From: Octopus vulgaris
Taxonomy: Eukaryota
NCBI GenBank assembly: GCA_951406725.2
Contig: OX597815.1
Span: 58,714,001-58,778,000 of the forward strand
Length of the DNA: 64,000 nucleotides
Reading direction: 5' to 3'
Under the pieces are notes generated by a model that worked only from the letters and a program-made list of their open reading frames with translations, was not told the DNA's origin and made no database searches. The translations under genes and the position numbers were made by a program. Of this stretch, positions 39,120-58,011 are shown in pieces; position 1 is the stretch's first letter; every line of letters begins with the position of its first letter.

Positions 39120-40998
39120 TAACGATTAAATAATTAAATTTAGAAAAATTAGAAGAAAAGTTTTTTTAAAAGAATATTTCTATAGTAGTGTTCAGATTTA
39201 AGTGGCATTCTGCCTTTCTCTGACTCCCTTGTTTGCACTTGTGTGTTCGAGGTAGTTGTGAGTTCTTGGTAGGGTAGTAGAGGGAAGGCTGGTGAGGAAA
39301 GGGGGTGGAGAATCTGGGGAGTGCCCTGATGGTCGTATTTTGAATGGTCAGTGGCGGCTGGCAGTCTCAGTTCAATTCAGGAGAATATTTATATTGACAG
39401 GCTTGTTTATAGAATTAGCGTAGGTGTTATACTAAAAAACATTAGTGACAAACTTAAGGGGTAGGGGGTGGAGAAGAAGAAGAAGAAGAAGAAGAAGAAG
39501 GAGAAGGAGAAGATGATGGTGATGGTGGTGATGATTATGACGACGATGATGATGATAACGATGATGATGAAGAAGAAGAAGAAGAAGAAGAAGAAGAAGG
39601 AGGAGGAGAAGGAGAAGATGGTGGTGATGATGGTGGTCAAGGAACTGAGACATCCCAAATCAAAGAAAAACTTACAACCAAAAGCCTTACCATACATCTC
39701 CACACACAACCCTCTCAATAACGAAGCCTTCGACACCATCCTCCACAACATACCCCTCCTAAAAAAGACCACAGAATGAACACAATCCTCCAAACACACA
39801 CGATCATAAAAAGCAAAAGACAGCCTAGATCCATGAAAAGTCTCCTTACACAAGCCCGAATTCACTCTTCAACACAGAAGCCGACAGTAAAAAATGTGGA
39901 AGACCCAATTGCGGGATATGCGACTATCTAATCGAGGGTTCTGAGTTCTCCTTCAAACAGGGACAACGGTTTACAGTGAAAAGCAACTTCACATGTGCTT
40001 CGGAGAACCTAATATACTCACTAACCTGCTCCGGGTGTCAAGAGCAGTACATAGGCCAAACAAAAATGGTTTGCGTAAACGAATGGCCCTGCACAGATCC
40101 CAGATAAAAATTCCCCAAAACAGAAAAATAGCTTTTAGCCAACACATAGATACTTGCGCCAACAAAAAAACACCAAACTTCAGAATTTTCCCCCTCTACC
40201 AATTTAGGGACGATACAACCTCGAGACAAAGAATAAGTAAAGAAAATCTCTTTATTACAAAATACAAGCCACTTCTTAACGGGTCTACGACAAACAATTA
40301 ATATACTTCAACTTTAGAATAAAAGAAAAAAATATATATACACACACAAATACTACACTCCATAGAATCCATTACTAATCAGCCCCTTCATAGCTATATT
40401 TACACCCATTCATATTCTCCCTTCTCTGTTTTTTTTTCTTCTTCTTCTTCTTCTTCATCATCATCTTTATCATCATCATCGGCGTCATCATCATCACCAC
40501 CATCATCTCCTTCTCCTCCTCCTTCTTCTTCTTCTTCTTCTTCTTCATCATCATCGTTATAATCATCATCGTCGTCATAATCATCACCACCATCACCATC
40601 ATCTTCTCCTTCTCCTTCTTCTTCTTCTTCTTCTTCTTCTTCTTCTCCACCCCCTACCCCTTAAGTTTGTCACTAATGTTTTTTAGTATAACACCTACGC
40701 TAATTCTATAAACAAGCCTGTCAATATAAATATTCTCCTGAATTGAACTGAGACTGCCAGCCGCCACTGACCATTCAAAATACGACCATCAGGGCACTCC
40801 CAGATTCTCCCACCCCCTTTCCTCACCAGCCTTCCCTCTACTACCCTACCAAGAACTCACAACTACCTCGAACACACAAGTGCAAACAAGGGAGTCAGAG
40901 AAAGGCAGAATGCCACTTAAATCTGAACACTACTATAGAAATATTCTTTTAAAAAAACTTTTCTTCTAATTTTTCTAAATTTAATTATTTAATCGTTA

Positions 40999-41037
40999 CA
41001 GTTGAAAAAGGTCTCAAGATGACCGAAACCGGTACTG
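40999..41037 (+). ncRNA. Minimal hammerhead motif with variant core
   Basis: cag-TTGAAAA(a)-ggtc tcaagat gacc-GAAA-ccgg-TA-ctg. Confidence 0.6.
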
Positions 41038-41090
41038 AAATGTTCACTATAAAAATATTTTAGCATTTTCTATTTTTTACTTGTTTTTTC

Positions 41091-43656
<2,566 letters not shown>

Positions 43657-43659
43657 TCC

Positions 43660-44945
43660 ACTCAAATGTGGAAGTGATATATCTCGACTTTGCAAAGGCC
43701 TTTGATAAAGTCGATCATGGAATGATATGTCACAAACTGCGTGATCTCAACATAGTTGGAAAACTGGGAGAATGGCTTCATGACTTTCTGAAGGATAGAA
43801 GTCAGGTGGTAGTAGCCAATGGGGCCACCTCCATTAACACACAAATAGTGAGCGGTGTTCCGCAGGGCACTGTTCTGGGACCACTACTGTTCATAATGGC
43901 CCTCTCAGACATGCCCTCAGCCACGCAGAGAGCCACGATCACAAGTTATGCAGATGATACAAAAGTCTCACAGGCAATACAGAACCCTGAGGACACTAAA
44001 CACCTGCAATGTGAGCTGGACGAAATATACAAGTGGGCTGAAAAGAATAGCATGCAGTTCAATGCTGGAAAGTTTCAAGCTTTATACTATCAGCATGCAA
44101 AACTGAATGCAATACCCAATGAATACACTGGACCCAGAGGGATTGCAATCCCAGAGGCACAATCAGTGCGTGACCTTGGTATTCACATGAGTGATGACGC
44201 GACCTTTCATGTACATGTTGCTAAACTGACAATGAAATGTAGACGGCTGGCAGGATGGATTCTTAGAACCTTTAGAACAAGAGAACAAGAAACCATGATG
44301 GTCCTCTGGAAGACACTTGTCCTAAGCCACTTTGACTATTGCTCTCAGCTATGGTCACCATCCAGTGTCAAGTTGATCACAGAACTTGAGGCGATCCAAC
44401 GAAGCTACACAAAGAAGATAGCCTCTATGCAGAATGTAAGCTACTGGGAAAGACTCAAGAGATTAAAATTATATTCCCTGGAGCGTAGGCGGGAAAGATA
44501 TGCCATAATATACATCTGGAAGATCCTGGAGGAAGTGTCCTGAACTTTGGCATCGAGAGTTATGCAAATGCCAGAACTGGGCGCCACTGCGTGGTGCCTA
44601 GGACTCCAAACCTGCCATCAAGATGTAGGACAAGATTCTGTGATAGCCTGGGCTTCCGAGGCCCACAGCTCTTCAATATCCTCCCGAAGAACCTGAGAGA
44701 CCTGCATGGGGTGGATACAGATGTCTTTAAAATGAAGCTGGATCTCTTCCTGTCAGGTGTCCCAGATGAACCAACTTCACGGCAGGAGGGGCAGATGAGG
44801 GCAGCTGCATCGAACTCTCTCATGCACCAAATAGCAGTTGCTAGAAAGCCTCCATGAAGTTAAACCAAGTAGCAACACCAAATGGCGGTGCCCCAGCATG
44901 GCCACAGCTCATAAGCTGAAACTAGAATCAATCAATCAATCAATC
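43660..44945 (+). mobile_element. 5'-truncated CR1-group LINE with (AATC)n tail
   Basis: ORF 43668..44543 with [22 protein letters not shown]. Tail gcggtgccccagcatggcc..aatcaatc. Confidence 0.95.
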
Positions 44946-47140
<2,195 letters not shown>

Positions 47141-47142
47141 TC

Positions 47143-47506
47143 TCTATATATAAACGGCAGTTTGTCTGTGTGTGTGTCTGTGTGTCTGTTTGGTTGTACC
47201 CTCACCCTGACCACTGCTTTCAACCGATTCTGATGAAACTTGACACACACATAGCCCAATGTCATAATTCAAAACTAACGCAGCGAAAATTTTGAAAAGT
47301 TCCCCCAGTTCTGAAAAAATCGATAAATTCGACATGGGGTCGACAATCAGAAACACAAACCACAGACTGTCTGGGGGACGCAACTCGACCTTTTTAACTA
47401 AAAAAAATTTACCATCATTTTTTCCCCATTTTTTGGCTATAACTCTCTAAAAATATTTATAGTTATTTCCCTTACAAACCCGAGCAACGCCGGGCGATAC
47501 TGCTAG
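47143..47506 (+). mobile_element. Non-autonomous Helitron, family A
   Basis: Near-identical to 5963..6340, TC...CTAG|t. Confidence 0.85.
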
Positions 47507-47512
47507 TATAAT

Positions 47513-47567
<55 letters not shown>

Positions 47568-47974
47568 TCAAGTGTATGTATGTATTTGTGTGTATATATG
47601 CATATGTGTGTGAACATATATATATATATAAATATATACACATATATACATACATACATGCGTACGTAGATACACAAATACACGCACATATATATATTTA
47701 TATATATACATACATACACAAGTACACACACACACGCATATATTCATGTATATATATACATACATATATTTGCATGCATACATACATACATACATGCATA
47801 CATACATACATACATACATACATACATAAATACATACATACATACATACATAAGGGTTACTTCGAGTTACTTGGAAAACAAACCCATGCGTTTTATTTTT
47901 AAGTTTCACATTTTTCGGTCTCTTGTTATTTTCACCTCTTAGTTTTCTTTTCTGTCCCTCTTATTTCGTATTTA

Positions 47975-48450
47975 GTGTAAACCAAGAACTTCTTTATGAA
48001 CAATGTTTAGTTTTTTTGAATAATTTTCCTAGAAGGAGCATAATTTTGCTAGATGGAGCCAAATTGCTTGGAGTTTCATCTCTTGCGCATGCAACATGCA
48101 GTTCTCCATGGGAGAAATGTTCTTGAGTTGTTGCTCAACAACATTTACTGTTTGTTCCCGATATTTATTTAAAGATATGGCAAAAGCTGAGTTTTATTGG
48201 AAACTGTAGCCTTTTGAATACGAAATGTACCTTCTTTGTCAGACAGAACCAAAAGTATTCTACGTATAAATGCATCTTCTCTCATAAAACAACCAGTCAA
48301 AATAGAAGACTGAGATATCATTGCATATGAGCTGTACGAACTCTTCGAGGAGTGTTCGGTCAATTTGTGAGTTTCTGAGCAAGAGTGACACAGCTCTGAA
48401 CATTCAATTACCAAAATCACCCATCAGAGAAAAGTTAATATGGTTTTGTG
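47975..48450 (-). pseudogene. Decayed Helitron RepHel PIF1-type helicase C-terminus
   Basis: Translation across frameshifts: SILTGCFMREDAFIRRI / FKRLQFPIKLSF-AISLNKYREQT / FSHGELHVACAR / TK-IVHKEVL. Confidence 0.75.
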
Positions 48451-49710
48451 CAAAATTTTCTATGAATTTAATAAGGTGCTTTACCTTCAGTTTCAACTTT
48501 GGATCGTTTCTTCGCGAAGAGAACGGTGAGTGATAACAGCATAAACGATACTACTTTCCTGTTTAGAAATCTGTCTTTTTAACTTAGATAAGATTTTATA
48601 AGTAGTAAAAGAAGGAATGAATATTTTTCAATGAATTGCATGAGGTGCTTTCAGTATTGAATTCATTTTCAGTGTTGAACTGAGACGTCTTCTTCGTGAA
48701 ACAAGTGATATGACTAAGCCTTTAGCAGACGATAAGATGGAGGAAAGGACTTCGGTTGTTTCCGGATGATTTCGGTTCAAAGGCTGTTTGTTAAATACTT
48801 TACGTATGTGTATGTGAGAGAGGGGAAGGGGAAGGAGTAACAGAGGGGGAGTAGGGAGATGGGAGTAATAAGAAAGACAAAGAGATAATAGGGAGAAAGA
48901 CAGAGTGAGTGACAATGAGTTGCAAACAGGAAAATAAGGGAGAGGGAGAGAGAGGTAGAGAGAAAGATAGACAGATAGCTACATGCATACATGCATACAT
49001 ACATACATACATACATACATACATACATACATACATACATACGAAGGCAGTATATGGCATTGAGTGATTTGGCTGCTATTTTTAGCAGGTCGAGTAACAT
49101 TGTAGGGACGTTTTCATTAGAAAATATCTCGTGTATACATCTATACATGCATACACACATACATAATATACATACACACAAAAACATATGCACACATACA
49201 CAGTGATCCCTTTAGTTATCGTCTGCTACGATTTTGGTTCGACAGAGAGAGAGAGAGATCAGTGAAGGAAACAGAGGGAGTGAAGCAGAAAAACAGAGAA
49301 ACAAAGGGAGAGAGAGAGAAGGTTAAGGAAAGAGAGAGAATGTAGGAGAGAAAGTGATGTAGAGAGAGAGTGAAGTAGAGAGACAAAGACAGACAGACAG
49401 AAAGTGAGGTAGAGAAAGAGAGAATACAAAGGCACTAGAGAAAGACTAAGGCTAAGTCATGCACGCGCCAAGTTTTGTGTGTGAGTGCATGTGAATATGT
49501 TTGAGCGTATACGTGTGTGTGTGGGTGTGTGCATACAGCAAGGGTCATAGATAATAAGGGGACCCTTGCAGTTGCCGAGTAATATCCAAGTGATCGAAAA
49601 ATGCCACTTGGAAGAGCTCCACAGCGATGGGATGTATAGCGATTTGGGACAAGAGGGAAAAGAATGACACGATAATGACAAAAGAACTGGAAGTTTTGAC
49701 AAGTTATCTC

Positions 49711-49822
49711 TCTATATATAAACGGCAGTTTGTCTGTGTGTCTGTTTGGTTGTACCCTCACCCTGAGCACGGCTTTCAACCGATTCTGATGAAACTTGAC
49801 ACACACATAGCCCAATGTCATA
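49711..49822 (+). mobile_element. Helitron family A 5' end, cut by the gap
   Basis: TCTATATATAAACGGCAG.. Confidence 0.8.
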
Positions 49823-49922
49823 NNNNNNNNNNNNNNNNNNNNNNNNNNNNNNNNNNNNNNNNNNNNNNNNNNNNNNNNNNNNNNNNNNNNNNNNNNNNNN
49901 NNNNNNNNNNNNNNNNNNNNNN
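49823..49922. other. Assembly gap (100 N)
   Basis: N run. Confidence 1.
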
Positions 49923-51400
49923 GCAGAGCAGATGCTAAAAATTATAGGCCTATCTCTCTGATCTCACACATCAGCAAAGTCATGGAACGAATAGTCCGCA
50001 AGAAACTAATCATGTTCCTTGAACAAAAATGACTTGCTGACTGACACCCAGCATGGATTTCGACCAGGTAGAAGCTGCCTAACACAGCTCCTGCAACACT
50101 ATGACTGGGTATTAAAACAGGCTCAAATGTGGATGTGATATATCTCGACTTTGCAAAAGCCTTTGATAAAGTCGACCATGGTATGATTTGTCACAAACTG
50201 CGTGGTCTCGGCATAGGCGGAAAACTTGGAGAGTGGCTGCACAACTTCCTAAAAGATAGAAGGCAGGTAGTTGTGACTAATGGAGCCACTTCCAAGGAAA
50301 CACAAATAACAAGCGGTGTTCCACAGGACACTGTCTTGGGGCCACTGCAGTTCATAGTGGCCCTTTCAGACATGCCCTCAGTTGCTAAGATGGCCACCCT
50401 TGCTAGCTATGCAGATGACACAAAAGTCTCCCACGCAATACAAAACCCTGAAATATTTCACATCTGCAACAGGAGTTGGATACAATATACAGGTGGGCTG
50501 AGGACAACAACATGCAGTTTAATGCAGGTAAGTTCTAGGCCCTGCGCTACTGGCACACAAAGGTAAACGACATGCAGACTGGATACACTGGCCCAGGAAG
50601 AATTGCAATCCCTGAGTCAAAATCAGTGCGTGACCTGGGCATTGACATGAGCAATGGTGCATCTTTCCAAGTGCATATTGCTAATCTGGTGATAAAATGC
50701 AGACGGCTAGGTGGATGGATTCTCCGAACTTTCAGAACAAGAGAGAAGGAGACACTGATGGTCCTATGGAAAACATTCGTCCTCAGCCGCTTGGACTACT
50801 GCTCCCAACTTTGGTCACCACACAATATAAAACTAACAGCAGAACTTGAAGCAATTTAGAGAAGCTACACAAAGAAAATCGTCTCAGTGCAAAATATCAG
50901 CTACTGGGAAAGACTGAAGGTATTAAACCTCTCCTTCCTAGAGCGGAGGCGGGAGAGATATGCGGTGATATTCATCTGGAAAACCCTGGAGGGTCTTGTC
51001 CCAAACTTTGGCATTCAAAGTTACCCCAACCGCAGAACAGGGCGCCACTGCATGGTGCCAAGGATTCCAACATCACCATCAAAATACAGGTCCAGATACT
51101 GCAACAGCTTGGGTTTCAGAGGACCACAGCTCTTTAACATCCTCCCTAAATGCCTGAGAGACTTACATGGTGTGGATGTGGGTTTCTTTAAAACTAAACT
51201 GGATCTCTTCTTGTTGGTTGTCTCAGATGAACCTACCTCACGACAGGAGACTCGGATGCGGGCAGCAGCATCGAACTCCCTTGTTGATCAAGTGCCACGT
51301 ATCAGAGGTGGATTCACAAATTAGTGTAGCTCATTCAGCAGTGGTGCCCCAGCATGGCTGCGGCCTTCGGGCAAAAACATTTTTAAGGATTTAAGGATTT
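49923..51400 (+). mobile_element. CR1-group LINE 3' portion, frameshifted
   Basis: [27 protein letters not shown]. Tail cagcatggctgcggccttcgggc..(tttaagga)n. Confidence 0.93.
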
Positions 51401-51546
51401 ATATATACATATATATATATATATATATTGTTATATTTCGGAATGGTCATTTTGCCAGTTTTGCCAATAAAAACACACGCACTATATATTTGGTGTTATT
51501 TTGCTTCAGTGTTATTTATTTTTTACATTAATCGTAATCTTATTTC

Positions 51547-51591
51547 GGCCAGAGTTCTTTCGTCACACTCCTGTGACCGCATCAGTGGTCC
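51547..51591 (-). ncRNA. Hammerhead ribozyme motif
   Basis: ggacca-CTGATGC-g-gtcaca ggag tgtgac-GAAA-gaac-TC-tggcc. Confidence 0.65.
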
Positions 51592-51934
51592 TTTGTTTTC
51601 TTCTTTCTTATTTGTGTCTCTCCTTACTAACCGTCAGCCATTTTGTATTACTATTGTATGTCTTCATTTGCGCATGCTTATATCTCTATGTGCGTTTATG
51701 TTTATTTAGTGTGTGTAAGTGGGGGGATGCCTGTAATATTTGTATCTTCTGTTTATATATGTTCATGTAATTTGTATTTTTTTTTGTTTTTTGTTTTGTT
51801 TTTGTTTATTCTTATTTTCTTCCTGTGTTTACATCCACTTATTATTATCATTACATATGCTTGTATGTATGTATGTATAACAACAATACTAGTAATAATA
51901 ATAATAAATTGAATCGAAAAAAAATACATATAAA

Positions 51935-51980
<46 letters not shown>

Positions 51981-52006
51981 TACATATATATATATATATA
52001 TATATA

Positions 52007-52123
52007 TTTATTATATAGAAGGAGCTTCTACAGGACTAGAACTGTTTCATTCAAGAGAAATCTTCAGAAGATTTCTCTTGAATGAAACAGTTCTAGTCCT
52101 GTAAACTCCTTCTATATAATAAA
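52007..52123. repeat. Near-perfect palindrome centred on a hammerhead core
   Basis: ..gtttcattcaagagaaatcttc a gaagatttctcttgaatgaaac.. Confidence 0.9.
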
Positions 52124-52190
52124 TTAATTTTACTCTGCTATGTATTGAGTACCTTATTTACTGTGGTTAACCCCGAATCAACCCGGGACC

Positions 52191-52242
<52 letters not shown>

Positions 52243-52960
52243 CATATACATATATATATATACATACATATACACATATATATAGTTATTTATTTCTATT
52301 AGTTTATTTATCTGTGTATTTATTATGTTTTCAGGATCCTCTATCGTCATATGTTGTGGTGTGTGTTAGTGCTCCATTCTAGTTTTCTATTCAGGCTAGG
52401 TTTATTTTCTATTATGTGTGTAGCTTCTGTAATTTGTCTAATTGTTGCATCTGATCTATGTGTGGATAATATTTTAATTTCTATGTTATTGATTGATCCC
52501 CCGTGTTCTTGTTCGGCATGTTGGTACAGAATCGATGAGCTTTTACCTTCCTTGAGTTGTCTCCAATGCTTCTTGCCATTTCCCCTACGTATGTCGTTGT
52601 CTTGTTACTGCATCGTCCCTCTATACATCTTATACTATAGACTACATTTCTGGCTTTACAGTTTGTTTGTGGGCTAAATCTACATACAGTACAGTACTTA
52701 TCCGTACAGGGGGTTCTACTATATAAGGATAGGTTCTACCAATTATAGATTTGATAGGGTTGCCTGGCTTTTCAACAACCTTAATTCTTAGCTTAAGTTT
52801 TTCTAAATAACACTGAAGCAAAATAACACCAAATATATAGTGCGTGTGTTTTTATTGGCTAAACTGGCAAAATGACCATTCCGAAATATAACAATATCTG
52901 TTTCAACACACGACTTCACATAAAAAATCTTGCACAACAAATATTTAAACATACTATATA

Positions 52961-53473
52961 TCTTTATATATAAAACTGTAGTTGTGTGAGTGTCTGTCCC
53001 CTTCGATTTAGATTCCTAACTACTCCCACATTTTGCGGTGCAGTTTAACCAAATTCGGGTATCTTATAGTCGTGATTCATATCGAGCCCGTCTGAGTATT
53101 AGCACGCGTCTACGATGAGTCTACGATTTTAAAAATAATTTAACATCATTTTTTATTCCATTTTAATGCATAATTTTTCGTGTGTCGATGGCGGCGGAGT
53201 TGGCGTCCATGGTCACACCTGCACCTGTTTGCTTCTCCCCCTTCTTCCCTCCCTCGTGAAGCTGTGGGGAAGGGAGTGTAAGGAAATCAACGTCGCAAAG
53301 CGTTGTGAAGGAGACCAGTGTTCTTTTAGAACAACCACTTCATGGCTTGAAGACACCAAAACAGAAATGGCTAAGAAAGCCCGAATTGGCATCTATAAGG
53401 GAAGTAACTCTCTAAAAATGCTTATATAGTTATTTCCCTTACAAACCCGAGCAACGCCAGGCGATACTGCTAG
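52961..53473 (+). mobile_element. Non-autonomous Helitron, family B, sharing its 3' end with family A
   Basis: a|TCTTTATATATAAA ... taactctctaaaaatgct..cccgagcaacgccaggcgatactgCTAG|t. Confidence 0.8.
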
Positions 53474-53535
53474 TTTATGTATATATACTTTTATATATAT
53501 ATGTAGATATATTTATATATATAGATAGATATATA

Positions 53536-53608
<73 letters not shown>

Positions 53609-53688
53609 ATATATTTATATATATTGATAAAACGGTAAGATAACAAAAGAAAGAAAGAGACCTCAATATTATGTAAATAGAGGAAATT

Positions 53689-53905
53689 TATCTATACAAT
53701 ATGTTACATTACTCGGTAGTCAAGATAAAACTCTGAGTTTCAGATGCCGAAGTGGAAATCCACAACACCATCTCTTCGGTTATCTGGCTAGAAAATAGCC
53801 AGATAGCCAGATAACCGAAGAGATGGTGTTGTGGATTTCCACTTCGGCGTCTGAAACTCAGAGTTTTATCTTGACTACCGAGTAATGTAACATATTGTAT
53901 AGATA
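53689..53905. repeat. ~217 bp palindrome made of two head-to-head hammerhead motifs
   Basis: Arms ~53689-53790 and ~53804-53905. Same family as 2700..2800. Confidence 0.9.
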
Positions 53906-53925
53906 TATCTCTATATATATATATT

Positions 53926-53958
<33 letters not shown>

Positions 53959-53975
53959 TTATATATATATATATT

Positions 53976-54830
<855 letters not shown>

Positions 54831-56573
54831 TATATATAGGTATACATACAAAGTTTTGTGATCGATATTAATCCCGTTTGTTTAACCGTCCATTGTTGCA
54901 TGTATGTAATTTGTGTTCTCCGTCATTTGGCGGGCAGTTGACAATTTCTAAAGTGTCGGAAAGGTTTATTTTTTAAAATTCTTGTGTGTCAGAAAGTAAT
55001 AACCTCTTCTTTGTTCTTGACATTCCCAACCGATTTTATTTCTTGCGCGTCAACAGTATTACATTTCTGCCGTACCTAACCCTGTTATCAGACTGACACA
55101 GTATTTGAGTATGTTGCACACTTATGGCAGGGATGGAAGAAACGGGAGATCCAACGCTGTAGACAACTGCTACTTCCTCTATCTTGTTTTCTCGAAAACT
55201 AGGCGACTACCTAGTTTTCTCGATTCAAATATATAGTACTTAATATATTAAATTTCTTCGGCGTGTAAAAATTATAACTGTTGAAATATTGAGGAATTCC
55301 TTTTCGTAATTACTGAAAATATGTACGCGTACATATTCACTTAAACGTCCATTGTTTCTTACCACACAACCATACTGATCCTTCTACTAGACAACTACTG
55401 TAATTATTGATACGACCACTGATTCGTCGCAACAGGTTTAGTTTTTCTTTCCTGTTCGACTCCTCATTTATTAATCAGTCTTTTACTTCTTTCATCTTCT
55501 ATCTTTACAAATGTTTTGTCATTTCCAGGTTGATGTTTTTCAGTGAAACCCAACGTGCTCAATATTAATGTCGAATCGGTTACAATGTTAGCGAAGTGTA
55601 ATTTAGGAAATGATGCTTACCAAACGAAGCAGAAAATATTTTGAAATAGTTTGGCGTAATGATTTTTAAAAATATTGATGACTTTTAAAATCCTGTCAAT
55701 GTTCTACATACATATATGAAATTACAACAGTAGACTCCGTAAATGATTATCCTATGTCAGTGCTTAGTAGTAGCCATATTGATGGTAGCGAAGAGCTGTT
55801 TATAGTTTTTTATATATATATATTTATTTATATATATTTATATATATATATTATTTATATGTATGTGTATATATATATATATTTATGTTAATGTAGATTT
55901 ATTATATATCGCCTGTTGTCCAACATTCGTTATTGTCTTTAATATTTATTGAAGCCCGATCTTTCTGATATAGCGATTAAATATTCTTTCACAGCTTATA
56001 CAATAACAGGACGTTTATATATGTATATATATATATATAGCGAATGTTGACTATATATATTCCTTTGCATATATCTTTGTTTTCAGTGTCTTATTAACTC
56101 AATAGTAAACTAAAATACCTTCTTACCAGTTACATGAAGGAATGAGTGAGTGAATACCTCGGCTCAATCTGTTTTCTGATTAAGCGTTGCCACACGGATA
56201 ATCGGGTGTTATTCCACTAACTGGTGAGGATAATGTGTTATTTCGATTGTCAACTTTATGTCGATTTGAACATTAATGGTAAACTTTAATCGAAAGAGTT
56301 ATGAAAACGTGGTATTTATCATTTGTGTGTGTCTTTATAATTTGCAGTTTCTTCGAATTTTGGGAAATAATTTATAATGAAATCTTAATTTCATCTCACA
56401 TTTTTACTCAAAAGGAATTTTATTGATTAGGAATTTGTCTATGAAAACATGTTTTTTATAAGTCAAGAAATAGTAGAAATGGTTATATTGTCCAACAAAT
56501 TCATATATATATATGCTATAACTGTTTTTATATATATATATGTATGTGTATATATATATATTATATGATGTAT

Positions 56574-56610
<37 letters not shown>

Positions 56611-57189
56611 GTTCTATATATGTATAATCAGCTGATATGTAACATGTGTTGTGATAAGGCGGCATGCTGTATTTAGATTGGATAGGATCACTTGGTCAAC
56701 TATGTTGGATTTATACCATTGAGATAGAATGTTACCTGAAATACATTTATTAAGGTTTCCGAGAGTAGTCTTGAATTCATTTGAGCTGGAAAGAAAGCAT
56801 AGTTTGAGGTTCAATTACAGTTGTAGATGTGATGTGTGTTGGAAGAGAATGAGCGAACGGTATTATTTCCAGACTAGAGACATGTGCGATGGAATCAAGA
56901 GAATGCATGTTGAAAAGAGAGCTTGTAAGTTCATCGGTAACAAATGGAAGATTACTGCTAACGATGGTCTTTGACAGGTGAATATTTTCCTAGATGTGAA
57001 CCAATAAATATAAAGGGTACTATCGCTGATAGGTGTGCTATAATTTTGAAACAAAACTCTATGCTTGAGTTAATCTAGGTCAGTAACTGTTCAGAGCTAG
57101 AATATTTAATGGCTTGGAAAAGGAAATAAGATGCAGTTAAGGATATGGGCTAGATATAGAATTTCTCGAAGTTGTATAATCTGACGATG

Positions 57190-57225
<36 letters not shown>

Positions 57226-57400
57226 AATATATATACTTTTTTGTGTGATGAGAGCAAATGGAGAATTTGTGGTATTCAAGCATAAGAAACTAAAAGTATG
57301 TAGCTTAAAAAAATTACTTCTATGTACTTGAGGAGGTTGTATATGTCGATTGAATATTGCTGTTGGAAAACTCATTTGTAGTTGTGTGTATAAATGTATA

Positions 57401-57911
57401 AAAGATCGCCCAAAAGTGTATATAGATATTTAAATGTATTTATATATTCATCTATACACAGATGTATGTATAATGTGTGTGTATATATTTCCATAGCGGT
57501 AACCTTTCACTCCATACAAAGTTTTTTAGGACGAATATAAGATCTAAAGTATATACAAGTAGCAGAAAGATCGCCCAAAAGTGTATATAGATATTTAAAT
57601 GTATTTATATATTTATCTATGCACACATGTATGTATAACGTGTGTGTATATATTTCCATAGAGGTAACCATTCACTCCATACAAAGTTTTTTAGGACGAA
57701 AATAAGATCTAAAGTTATCTCTAAGAAAAAGAAAGATCGCCCAAAAGTGTATATAGATATTTAAATGTATTTATATATTCATCTATACACAGATGTATGT
57801 ATAATGTGTGTGTATATATTTCCATAGAGGTAACCTTTCACTCCATACAAAGTTTTTTAGGACGAATATAAGATCTAAAGTTATCTCTAAGAAAAAGAAA
57901 GATCGCCCAAA
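57401..57911. repeat. ~166 bp tandem repeat, 3+ copies running into the gap
   Basis: aaagatcgcccaaa at 57401, 57566, 57732, 57898. Confidence 0.95.
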
Positions 57912-58011
57912 NNNNNNNNNNNNNNNNNNNNNNNNNNNNNNNNNNNNNNNNNNNNNNNNNNNNNNNNNNNNNNNNNNNNNNNNNNNNNNNNNNNNNNNNN
58001 NNNNNNNNNNN
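57912..58011. other. Assembly gap (100 N)
   Basis: N run. Confidence 1.

Larger units (their letters stand above)
51425..52955 (-). mobile_element. Penelope-like remnant (GIY-YIG) with inverted terminal copy
   Basis: Minus 52351-52790 reads PCTDKYCTVC..NCKARNVVYSIRC..ILYQHAEQEHGG..RQITEA..PSLNRKLEW. ~93 bp inverted repeat at 51425-51518 / 52805-52896. Confidence 0.8.

Noticed and set aside
39407-40650. Poly-K/M/H/L ORFs
   Set aside because: Trinucleotide repeats in the inverted pseudo-LTRs
52810-52896. Hammerhead-like ctgaagc..ccgaaatata
   Set aside because: Stem II and the cleavage triplet cannot be formed convincingly
56614-57054. Short ORFs possibly from an old LINE or exon
   Set aside because: No diagnostic motif recognised
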